From NCBI RefSeq assembly GCF_009914755.1, contig NC_060930.1: 64,000 nucleotides of DNA. One strand, given 5' to 3'. Of this stretch, positions 14,800 to 27,533 are shown piece after piece. Made by a program: the position numbers and the translations under genes. Positions within the stretch are counted from its first letter, which is position 1. Each line of letters opens with the position of its first letter. Origin of the DNA: the human T2T-CHM13v2.0 reference genome, Homo sapiens. A model generated the notes under the pieces. The model was not told the DNA's origin. It saw nothing but the letters and a program-made list of their open reading frames with translations, and made no database searches.

Positions 14800-15338
14800 A
14801 GCTTCAAAAAATTAAAATGACCACATGATGCAGCGGTTCTTTTTCTAGGTATATACCCAAAGAATTGAAAGCCGGGTGGTGAAGAAATCTTTGTACCCCT
14901 ATGTTAACATCATCAATAGCTAAAAGGTGGAAGCAACCCAAGTGTGTCTATCATCAGCTGAATAAATAAACAAAATGTGGCCTATCCACAGAATGGAATA
15001 TGAATCAGCCTTAAAAAGCATGGAGATTCTCACACATGCTGCAATATGGATGAACCTTGCGGACATGGTGCTCGGTGACATAAGGCCATCTAAAAAGGAT
15101 AAATAACTAAACAGTTCCACTTACAAGAGGTACCTAGAGTAAACGAGAGTGGTGCTTTACCAGGGCTTGGGGCGTGGGAGTGGAAAGTTGGTATTTAGTT
15201 GGAGTCTGGGGAGACGAAAAGTTCTGGAGATGCATGGTGGTGATGGTTGCACAATAGCGTGAATGTGCTTAATGCCATCAAACTGCACACTTAAAAGTGG
15301 TAAATTGTATGCTCTGTGCCTTGTGTCACAATAAAAAA
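14800..15338 (+). mobile_element. L1MB-like 3' end
   Basis: ctaggtatatacccaaagaattgaaa...gttgcacaatagcgtgaatgtgcttaatgcc...aataaaaaa. Confidence 0.8.
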
Positions 15339-15618
15339 TGCTCTAGATTCCATTTGCTAATATGTAGGACTTGTGAAAAATATGCATATACAATATATAT
15401 TATGGCACCACTGGACTATAATTATTTAAAGACAAAGTCCATAGGTGTCCCCAGTGAGACGGGACTCTGCTGCCAAGCCTCCGGCGGGTCATGCAAACAG
15501 TGGAGGGCGCCGTTCCTGGAACAGCAGTGCCCCAGCAGCTTTAAGCAGTAGGAGGGATAAAAGCAGGAGTGGTTAAAGTGAAATGGCAGAGCTCATTAAT
15601 CAAATTCGTTCAGTTTTA

Positions 15619-15907
<289 letters not shown>

Positions 15908-17069
15908 AAATTTGTTCAGTTTTAAATTGCATGTGTGTGTTTGTATGTATGTGTGGCTTCTCAGTAACTGCACCAGCATGATACATCTGTGTGTGTGTGT
16001 GTGTGTGTGTATGTGTGGCTTCTTAGTAATTCCATCAGCATGATACATCCCTGAGCCATTCCTCTGGAAAATGGTGGTCTTCAATCCAGCTGTAGGCATG
16101 GCAAGAAGGGAAGGTCAGTTTCAGCTTCAGGGTAGGTGGGTAGATAGATAAATAGGACAGAGATGGGTGTGTTTTAAGCACAGGGCAGGAAGCACCAACA
16201 TAGGTGCCTAGTGCGTCACTTCCCACATTTTCCCTCCACAGGACATGGAATACTAGTGACTAAGCCTCGTTTTCTCTCTCTGCCCAAGTAACTGAAGCTC
16301 ACCACATGGTGGCCCAGCACCGGCCTTCTCCCCATTTGTGAAAACCAGTCCACTTGCCCTTCCCGTAGGTTGATGCCAGAAGTAACAAGAGGACTCTAGT
16401 TCGAAGTCCTTAACATTTAATAAACAAGAAGACATATTGGGGAGTTACAACAGCTCTTGATCTTTTTATGTTTTATTTTTTCTCCTTAAGCTGGCTCGGA
16501 ACACATTTTCTGAGCCCTGGAAGATCTTTCTCAGCCCCCACTTCCTAGGCTCAGCTTTTTGTTATTCCTCGTAGGTGGGTGAGCTGTAGACTTCCTTGTG
16601 CCCTTTCCAATGCCTCCACCTTTGTGTCATATGCTTTTTAACTTGGTATTTAACCCTTCAAAGGCTGGCTGCAGTCTGTTTGTTTCCATCCTGGCTTTTC
16701 ATGGTAAACCTTCATCATCCCCTGAGTATGTAGTGTATTTGGCCACCTCCGTTTCTTTGCTAATGGCATAGTACCTCGACATGCCATATACTTTTTTTTT
16801 TTAACCAATTACATTCAAAAAATACTTATTGAGCACCAACTGCATGCAAAGCACTTGAGAGTCAGTTAGAATCCCAACTCCATAAAGTCTTCACCAGCAT
16901 TCCCTGGGAATATTCCTAACCTCCGTGGAGAGGTTTCTTGTCAGTAACCACTCATTTTTCCACCACTTTTCTTTTGCTAGTTCGTTTTTCACGTAGGTAC
17001 CGTTCCTGCCTCTGTGGTGGCAGCTGGGTATGACGGAGGCTGCATTTGTGCAGCCTCATGGGCCTGAAT

Positions 17070-17165
17070 TTGGTATGAGCTTAGCACCCCTCACCTGCTC
17101 AGTGACCTTGGGCAGGCGAGGTGGTTAGGCATCCTGGACCTGAAGTTTTCATCTTCAGGGGATTA
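17070..17165. mobile_element. MIR fragment
   Basis: gtgaccttgggcagg...gttttcatct core. Confidence 0.5.
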
Positions 17166-17939
17166 TGGCTTGGGGGTTGGGTGAGACACCTGGTACTGCC
17201 CGGCCAGCAGTGATGGGTCCACAGATGCTGGTTGCCGACCCGTTGCCTCAGTATCTGTGTCTCTGACCTCCTGTGACCACCTTGCTCTGAAAAGCCAGTA
17301 TGATCGTTCACTGGGATTTCCCCTCTTGCTTTTGGTGAAGAATAAAACAAAGTTGGAAAGAGTTATCAATGCATGGGCAATGAATCCTGAGGACAGATGA
17401 TTAATTAATATGTGAACATTTTTATCTTCCTGAATGATATTGTTAAAAAAGTATAAATACAAGCAGTACAAGAACCAGCAGTTAAAGTGTGTCTACATTG
17501 GAGACCATTTCACTGTGAATGGGTGAGCGTGTTTCCTTGGGTGCAGCTTTAACGAGCAGCACGGCGTAATCCAGGTGGTGCCCACCAGTACGTGCTTCAG
17601 AGCTCCCTGCTGGTTGCCAGATCCTGAGCCGCCTGCTTCCCCTTTTATCATTGTTATTTATCTGTGTTAATTACCTGGACTTGAACAGTCCTTCCTCTGA
17701 TTTATGGGAATTGTTACTGCTGCTGCAATCTCAGTGTTCTGATCTGAACCATTTCCTTTGAGTTACCCTGAATATCCTGTTTTGGGCCTCGAATGTGCAA
17801 CATCAGCAATGGACACCAAACACACCGACCTGCAGCGGGTGCCCAGCCTCGGGGTGCGTCTGATCACACACCACGGGGCCTGAGCTCCACCCAGAGTCCT
17901 CGGGTGCCTGCAAGTGTGGCCCAGGGAGCTTTTTTCCCC

Positions 17940-19081
<1,142 letters not shown>

Positions 19082-19735
19082 TCAGGCTAGTCTTATTTAG
19101 TCTTAGGAAAATATAATTAATTATCTAGAGTTGATTTAAAGGTACATTATCTCATTAATTGGTACTTTTATCTCAAAATAGTTATTTTTCTTTTTAAAGT
19201 CCCCTCACTGCTTTTGGCACTTAATTTTTTGGAGTTGATTCTCTGTGAAAAGTTAGCTATGAAACAGAATCATTTTAATTGCAGGAACCTTAGCTTACGT
19301 TCTTCTCTCTGTTGATTTTCAGAATGCTCCCTAAGCCTGTGGAGTCTCAGGTATTTAATGTTCTCATTTCGTGGTTTGCCGTTCACCTGCCCTTCTTTAT
19401 ATTTCTAGCATTCTCAAGTTATTTAGCAGTTTCCAGGAATTATTTGTATGTTTCATGGACTAAAATGCCTTTTACACCTCCTCTGTTCTCAGGTTTTTCT
19501 TTTGCTTTTAAAGTGAGTTTAAAGCATTCTCTGAATGTGGTCTTTGGTAGTAAGCATTTCCATCCTCACTCCCCATTGAGCTCTTGCTGGTTGGTTTTTA
19601 TGACATCTTGAAGCATATCATTAAGTTGGATGGTTTTATTTTTAGGGCCAGGTCTAAAACATGGCTGTGAATAAATTTTTTCTCGAGTCAACCAAAAAAT
19701 GAACGACTTCGATACTGAGCAGTTGAAAGAAAACT

Positions 19736-20250
19736 TACAGTGAGTTCTGCTATAATGTGATATATGTGATCCTAAAAATCGCCACACTGCAAAATCATGC
19801 AATAAAAGCTACAGGGCTTATGGGGGAAATGAGATTAGAGGTACAGCCCACAAAGACTTTGTCATGGACACATTAACCTAATAGAAACAGTAGCACAATT
19901 TCAAGTGTCAAATAGTTAAGAAAAGCAAGTACTACAATAAATACGATACATTATCTTGAAAAAGGACAGCAGAAATTTGCCTGTAGAAGTGGGCCTTGGA
20001 AGGGTTGCAGCATGTGGCTACTGCGAAGCAATAGAAGGACTGCAATCTGAAACCATGCAGAAAGTTGTAATACCTGATGTGGGTGGGTGGCTGTTTGAGT
20101 GTGTTTTGTGTGTGTTTTGTGTATTCCTGCCTAGCCAGTTTCAGCTGGGTGCGGTTGTGCATTCACTGACTTTCTCCAGACAATTGTGCATAAATGTGTG
20201 ACATTCGCAGTATACTCAGATCGTTCCTAATGTGTCACTTGTTTTTACAA
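19736..20250. mobile_element. Old TcMar/Tigger-like DNA transposon relic
   Basis: ta-cagtgagttctgctataatg start resembles Tigger TIRs; family not certain. Confidence 0.4.
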
Positions 20251-20398
20251 CAAAACATGATTGAAGTCCTGATGGTATATCAATGTCTTTCTTAGAGATG
20301 GCTAAGAATGAGCACATTTAGTGAACTATATATTGAATGGTTTATACCAGCTTGTATAGATTTGTTATGCGTCTGTCCTCATTACAGGAGCTATTCTT

Positions 20399-20681
20399 TT
20401 TTCTTTTTTTTTTTTTTTTTTTTTGAGACAGAATCTCACTCTGTCGCCCAGGCTGGAGTGCAGTGGCACGATCTCGGCTCACTGCAAGCTCCGCCTCCCA
20501 GGTTCACTCATGCCATTCTCCTGCCTCAGCCTCCCGAGTAGCTGGGACTACAGGCACCCGCCACCACACTCGGCTAATTTTTTTGTATTTTTAGTAGAGG
20601 CGGGGTTTCACCGTGTCAGCCAGGATGGTCTCGATCTCCTGCCCTCGTGATCCGCCCACCTCGGCCTCCTAAAGTGCTGGG
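20399..20681 (-). mobile_element. AluY, antisense, part of a chimeric insertion
   Basis: AluY diagnostics; ends at aaagtgctggg and runs into non-Alu sequence. Confidence 0.9.
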
Positions 20682-20855
20682 AACAGGGTGAAGAGTAGAC
20701 TGTCCTCCAGCTGGGAGAGTAGGCATGGATGAGTAGGTGAGAGTGGACGAGTCCAGGACAGAGCCAGCTTCTGAGCCTAGGAGGTCGGGCGCATATCCTT
20801 GCTTTTGTTCACTGTGCCCTGCCTGTGGTTTGCATGTGAGAACACACATCTCTGT
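20678..20855 (+). repeat. Derived copy of 9847-10024
   Basis: Same alignment, offset 10831. Confidence 0.95.
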
Positions 20856-22422
20856 GAATAAGAATAGCCCGGCAGGAGCTATTCTTAGACTGATTCTAGC
20901 TCATCGTTTTCCCCTGTACTAGAACTATGCGCTTCATGTAGATTTATAACATACAACTAGTTAGGTAGATTTCATTCATTATTCTTTTCAAAAATGTCTT
21001 AGCCTATCTCCCTGCTAAATCCTAACCACCGAGTTTTTTATTGGAAGTCTACTAGAATTAGACTAGCCTTTAACTCGGAGACCCCTATGGATAGAGAACT
21101 GGAAGTGAAGGAGTTAGAGCAAAGACACTTTTACAATTATTTGTAAAGGATTTATTTAACACATTATGAAGAAAAGAGGTATTGATGTTTAAAGCCTGCA
21201 TTTACTTCCATGTTCATATGAAACATGGTTCTTCAAGAAAATTTGCAGATTATGTAATCTGAATAAAATTATAAGGTTTTGTATAGGTGAATAGGATTAC
21301 GTTCAATATATGTAAATAACAATATTTTGAAATATTAAACTCCATAAACGGAGAGCTATTAATTCTGTAGATGCTATAGTCCTTGCTTTTTAACTTCAGA
21401 CCAAAGACAACAGTGGTCATTAATATCCAAGATGGTTAAAAACAGTTTTTGAACTCTTTTTGCAGTTGAGACCCTTCTGCCTTGAAAACATTAAAACTTG
21501 CTAACTCTTGATTAGACAATTCTAAACTAAAATATAATCGGAGAAATACCAGTTAATCTTTAGCTAGTGAAGAATAATATCCCAGACATTTTTGTCTGGA
21601 TTTTGGATGCTGTAGTGTAGTTTCAAGTGGTTTCTTGATTATGTCAAATATATTGTAAAAATTCACAAAATAGCAAGAGGATAAGAATTATTCTATGTCT
21701 CTCTCACCAATAAAGAGCCAATATTAACATTTCTATAATTTACATTCCTAATAAACTCACATGGAAACATCGTTGATATCTGTCTGTCCACATACCCCTT
21801 CTGTTATCTTTCATTTTTTATTTTTTTCATGTATGATTTTGGGGATGGGCAGTGGAAGGACACAAGCGTGGGAATCAGATCTGCAGGTACCACACACCTT
21901 TCAGGTGTGCTGCAGGGATTTGAATCCGATTTTATGCTTAGGAGCTCAGCATGTGTAAGGTGTGATGTAAATGGCAGCTGCTGTGATGCACTTATTGACC
22001 CGTATTTTTAAAAATCTTCAGAAGCATAATAGCTATATAATATCGTGTCAGGTGCACGTGTGCCATAATTAATTTCACTGTTTCCTTACTACTAGGCATG
22101 AAGTTTAGGGCTTTTGGCAATTTTTCCATTTTAAAAGTAAAGCTGTTTGAATACCTTTTGTGTGTAAAAACATATCCTCATGTACTTTCTGTTTTAGGAG
22201 TAAAATTCTAAAGGTAGAATTATAAGGGCAGGGGTTGATTGCCACATCTTACAAAATTGCTTTCTAGGAATGTACCGATTTATGTATATGTGCCCTTCGC
22301 TAGCCCTAAATTGCCATATTTTAAAGTTTTCTAATCTGAAGGTAGAAAGAACGTCTTTTTTTTTTAACTCAGATCAATTTTTTATGTTTTAGTGTTTTCA
22401 TTCCATCATTCGAATTTACTGT

Positions 22423-22423
<1 letters not shown>

Positions 22424-22466
<43 letters not shown>
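22424..22466. repeat. (GT)n microsatellite at Alu tail
   Basis: About 21 GT units. Confidence 0.95.
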
Positions 22467-22467
<1 letters not shown>

Positions 22468-22722
22468 TTTTGAGACGGAGTCTCACTCTGTTGCCCAAGC
22501 TGGAGTGCAGTGGTGTGATCTCAGCTCACTGCTGCCTCAGCCTCCTGAGTAGCTGGGACTACAGGCATGCGCCACCACACCCGACTAATTTTTGCATTTT
22601 TAGTAGAAACAGGGTTTCACCATGTTGACCAGGCTAGTCTCAAACTCCTGACCTGAAGTGATCCACCTGCCTTGGCCTCCTACAGTGGTGGGATTGATTC
22701 CAGGCGTGAGCCAACACACCCA
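22468..22722 (-). mobile_element. AluS-like, antisense, with internal deletion
   Basis: ctcactgc joined directly to tgcctcagcctcc (right-arm segment missing). Confidence 0.85.
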
Positions 22723-23949
22723 ACATTGTGTGTGTGTTTTTACATCTGTTTTATGCTTTGCAGTTATTAGTGTTTTAATGATAATACTAGCTTTTCGTCT
22801 GTGAAATTTTCAATTTTTATGTACTAGAATTTTTTAAGCTTTTTCCTTTCCTTTTTATGTTTAAGCTCTTCTCCGTCTAGAAACTTTACATGTTCTATTA
22901 TGCTTTTTATTAAACAAGACTTTTGCTATTTATTGAATGTTTTATACCAGCTTATTGATTCATGATGCATGTATCCTCATCATAGAAGCTGTTCTTAAAC
23001 TGATTCTAGCTCATCATTTTCCTCTAGCTCATCATTTTCCCCTGTGCTAGAACTGTGCTTTTCGTGTAGATTTGTAATATACAACTAGTTAGGCATATTT
23101 CACTCATTATTCTTTTCAAAAAAATTTTAGCTTGTCTTCCTGCTAAATCTTCACCACCGAGGTTTTAATTGGAAGTCTACTAGAATTCAAATTGGGAAAG
23201 AGAAATCACTTTACAGTGCTTGGTGTTCTCCAGAATGGTGGCATCCCACCACACCTTTTGTGTGTGTATGTGTGTGTGTGTGAGGGGGGCTGTCTTTTTA
23301 TGTTTCTTAGTACAATTTGATGTTTTCTGTTTGTTTATTCCATTTTTTTTAAGTTGTTTATTCCTAATTTTAGTTCAGGATTATGGATGTTTTCTTTTTA
23401 ATGTGTGTTTATTTTCTAAATAGTTCCCAGAATCTAGAAATGCTGTTGTTTAGTATGTTTTTGCAATTCTTCCCCTTGAACTAAGCTATCTCACAACATC
23501 TTAAAATGCCCTTTGACATAAACCGTCAACCATTAGTAAAGTAAGATTGTGCTTCCATGAGTAATGGGTAAAATTGGTACGTGGTTTTGCTCTGTGGCAT
23601 TTGTGTCTAGTCAGGGTTAAGTTATCTTTGCAAAACAGATTGGATGAATTTTCTTTCTTTTCTCTGTGGTCAGAGGCTATTTGTTACTACACAGCTGTTC
23701 CTTAACCTGCATAGCCTATAAACTGTTTTAAGAGGTAATTTGTTAATGATTTTATTTTTTCTCTTTCCTTGCTTTTTTTTCTGTTTCTGCTACATCAAAG
23801 ATCAGTCTCGAGAATTTATATTTTTCCAAAGAATAGCCATTTTTTTAAGATACTTTAATATATTTGTATAGTATGTACAAAGCGGTTTTTATTCATTTTT
23901 GTTAAGTTGGTATGAAAGCAGGGGAGACATTGTTTCAGTGATGAGGCCA

Positions 23950-24497
23950 AGCAGTTACTACTGTCTACATTTAGTTAATTACACTTAATATGCAGTTGGT
24001 GCAGGTTCATTTTTACCCATATATTTACTGGTCTGATACTCTTTATTCCTTTGAATGTATTCAGGCTTCTGTCTGGTATTATTTTCCTTCTGCCTGAAGA
24101 ACATTTTTTAACATTCCTTACAGTGCAGGCCTGCTGGTACAAACTCTCTCAGCTTTTATCCAGAAATGTGTTTGTTTCTCCTCTGTTTTTGAAGGACATT
24201 TATGCTGCATTTGTGCTGTGTATATAGGTTGGCTTTTTTTTTTCTCTTCATACACTTCAAAGGTGCCATTCCATTTTCTTCTGTCTTGTATACTTTCTGA
24301 ATGTAAGTATTGAGTTGATCTGTTATTCTATCTGTAATCTTTTTGTTCTCATGTTATCAGCAGATGATAATAGGCCTTAGTTTGGGGTTTGTGTGTATTT
24401 ATCATAGTTAGTATTTTTTAAGCTTCTTGAATCTGTCAGCTTCTGGTTTTTATCAAATATGGAAAACTTTCCACTATTATTTCTGCAAATGTTTTAC

Positions 24498-24542
<45 letters not shown>

Positions 24543-25650
24543 TACACACCCCTTCTCTGAGACTCAAATTACACATATGCTAGACTGCTTAATATTGTCC
24601 TACAGGGCACTCAGGTTCATCGTTTTTTCTGTTTCTTCTCCTGTCTATTGCTGTGCCTTCAGGTTCTCTGATCTTTTTAGTATCTAATTGGTTCAACACA
24701 TTCAATGAAATTTTTATTCCTAGTCTTTCATTTCTGCATTATGTTCATGTTTTTCTTTAAATGCTTGAGCACATTGAGATTATAACAGTTTTGAAGATGT
24801 TCTTTTCTCGTAATACCATCATCTCTCATTTTTAGTCTTTATTAACTGATTTTATCTTAGTCACTGGTCCTATTTTCCCACTTTTTTGCTTATCTAGTAA
24901 TGGTTGGTTGATGAACATTGTGATTTACATTTTGGGGTGCTGGATTTTGTTGTATGCTTTTTTAAAGTGTTAGATTTGTTCTGGCAGGAAATTGTTAGTT
25001 GTATATCAGTTTGATCCTTTCACAGCTTACTTTGAAGCTTTGTTAGTGAAATTTTAAGTATTCTTTATTCTAGAGCTAGATTAGTTCCACTGCTGATATG
25101 TGCCTGATCTGGGGTCTCTCTACTGAATGCCTCATGTATTTGATGAAATCTCTGCTCTGGCTGATTAGGACTTCCGGCCCTAGGCAGACTTGAGATTATT
25201 CAGTTTATAGGTCTCTGGTAATTGTTCTTTCCTCAAAAGTTGTTCACTGCCCAGCCTTGTGGAATTTCTCCCTGTGCATGCTCAGATTGGTTCAGCAAAG
25301 ACTCAAAGGGATCCCCTAGGCTCTCTGGAACTTTTTATCTATGTAGCTTCCTCCTTTTCCATATCATGTCTCACAAATTACAGCCTCCTGGGCCTCCCCC
25401 AAGTCATCTGTTCTAAGACAGCATTTTTGCCAGCTATGTCTGGGTTTCCCATCCCTGCACCTGCACTGTGGCAGCTGCTTTCGGTGGAAAGGCGGGTGGA
25501 CTGTTAGGCTCACCATGTTTGTCTCCTTTCACTCTGGGAACATTGCCCTGCACAGCCTGTGGTCCAGTGCCTGCAAACAGTTGTTATGTCTATTTTATTC
25601 AGTTTCCTAGCTATCAGTGGCAGGTGAAGAAGTACAGACGCTGTTCTCTT
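23950..25650 (-). mobile_element. Old L1M (MC/MD/ME-type) antisense fragments
   Basis: ttccttctgcctgaagaac...cagtgcaggcctgctgg...aactctctcagctt and T-rich degraded L1 character; boundaries rough. Confidence 0.6.
24500..24549. repeat. (CA)n microsatellite
   Basis: Direct observation. Confidence 0.95.
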
Positions 25651-26164
25651 TAGGTGGGAAGAGGGTGTCACAAGTCATTGTTAGAGACTTGCAGTTTTTG
25701 AAGCAGTGATATTTAACAGATTTGCCATATGTATTTGAGGATATCCTTTTTGCTCTTGAACATATTAAAAGAAAATCAATTACTGCAAGAGATACTAAAA
25801 TAGGTTTCTTTCCTAGTCGAATGTTATGTTAATAAATCCTAGGAAAGCCTTGGTACTCTGAATCCAAATCCGTAAGGAACTCTCAGTTCACAGAGGCAAC
25901 TTGTACTCCCGTGTCAACGATGAGAGTCATCGTTCCAGGGGAGTCGCACTAATTTCCACAGTTTGGGGTGAGGGGGGCGGTTTTTTTCTGAATCTCAGTG
26001 TTTACCATTTGTTTAGTCATTAGCAGCTACTTCTGCTCTGAAGTGTGGAGCTTACCATCCCTGGCTTGGGTTGAGGTAATGAGCTGTGTGACACTTGGCC
26101 AGTCACTTAGCTACTTGTCTCTAAATTGAGGGATCTGGACTAAAGAGACTTGAAGACCCTTTCC

Positions 26165-26560
26165 ATGAGTTTACTGAGTAAACATGTACTGAGTGTTGTA
26201 TGCACTGGGGATGGGTGGATAAGACAGGCGAGGACCCTGCTCTTACACAGCTTGGTGGAGTACATCGATGATACTGTAAATAAAAATACAATGAGAAAGA
26301 AATAACTTTCATGGGTGCTTTGAAGGAAATAAACCAGGGTGATATGAAGTGCTGATGGCAGGGACCAGCATTAGGATGGGAGGCCCAAGAAGGCTTGTCT
26401 GAGATGCTGAAATTTGAGCTGCCGTCCAGATGAGCAGAAGAAACTGGCCATTTGAATTCCAGGTCATAGGCGTTCTAGGCAGAGGGAAGAACACATGCAA
26501 AGGTCCTGAGATGGGCACAACCCTGGGTGGCATGAGAACCCCGGGTGATGTGAGAACACT
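26165..26560 (-). mobile_element. L2 fragment
   Basis: ctaggcagagggaagaacacatgcaaaggtcctgag L2 motif. Confidence 0.65.
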
Positions 26561-27162
26561 GTGGCATGATTGTCTTGAGTAGGGGGCATATGTGATGATC
26601 AGGGTCCTAGTCAGTGCTGGCAGCCTGTGACTCCAAGACTCGATCCTGCTGTGAATACTTCTCTACCTAAATAGTGCAAAGTTCAGTGTCACATGCCCTA
26701 CTCAGATGAGTAACAGGGAGTGTCAGGAATTACATTGGGGTGGGGTGTGGTCGCTGAAGCTCCAACAAGATCACAGAGTCTGAAATGAGCAGGGACCTCA
26801 CTGGCACGAGGAGCCAACACAGTTTTAACTCAGGAGTCTGAAGGCCAAGTTCAGTAGTCTTGGTCAGCGTGAGCCAAAATGAATCCATTTTTAAATTAGC
26901 AGAACCACGGATAGTTCGTAGGGACTATCACCTCAAAGAAAATGCTGAAGCTGTTTCTGAGACTCACGTATAAAGGCTGCATGGGCTCCATGGCCTAGAA
27001 ATGTTGCTTCGGTGGAAGGAAGCCACCAGGAAAACTGCTGGGAGAGTTTAAGGAATGTGTGACCTTTACGTAGAGAAAGGAAAGACCCAGTGAAAGCAAG
27101 AGCATTCCAGAGGTGGGGAGAGTGGACCTGAAGCCAGCCAGCTTTGCCCTGGTGGGAGGCAG

Positions 27163-27533
27163 GTTTCTTAGCCATTTGGGCTGCCTTAACAAAATACCAT
27201 CAACTGGGTGGCTTGTAAATACACAACAGAATTATTGTGTTAATTATCCTCATAATTCTGGAGAGAACCCTAAGATCAGGGTGCCAGCAGGTTCAGGGTC
27301 TGCTGAGGGCTCACTTCCTGGTTCACAAATAGCACCTTTCTGCTGCATCATCACAGGGCAGAAGAGCCAGGGGGTGTCGGCCCTCATTTATAAGGGCACT
27401 CATCCCATTCATGAGGGCCCCACCCCCATGACCTAATCACCCCCCAAAGGCCCCACCTCCTCAGACCATCACCTTGTGGGTGAGGATTTCCCCACGGGAA
27501 TTTGGGTGAGACACAGGCATTTGGGCCATGGCA
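27163..27533 (-). mobile_element. MLT1A-like MaLR LTR
   Basis: gggctgccttaacaaaataccat...cccattcatgagggccccacccccatgacctaatcacc. Confidence 0.8.
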
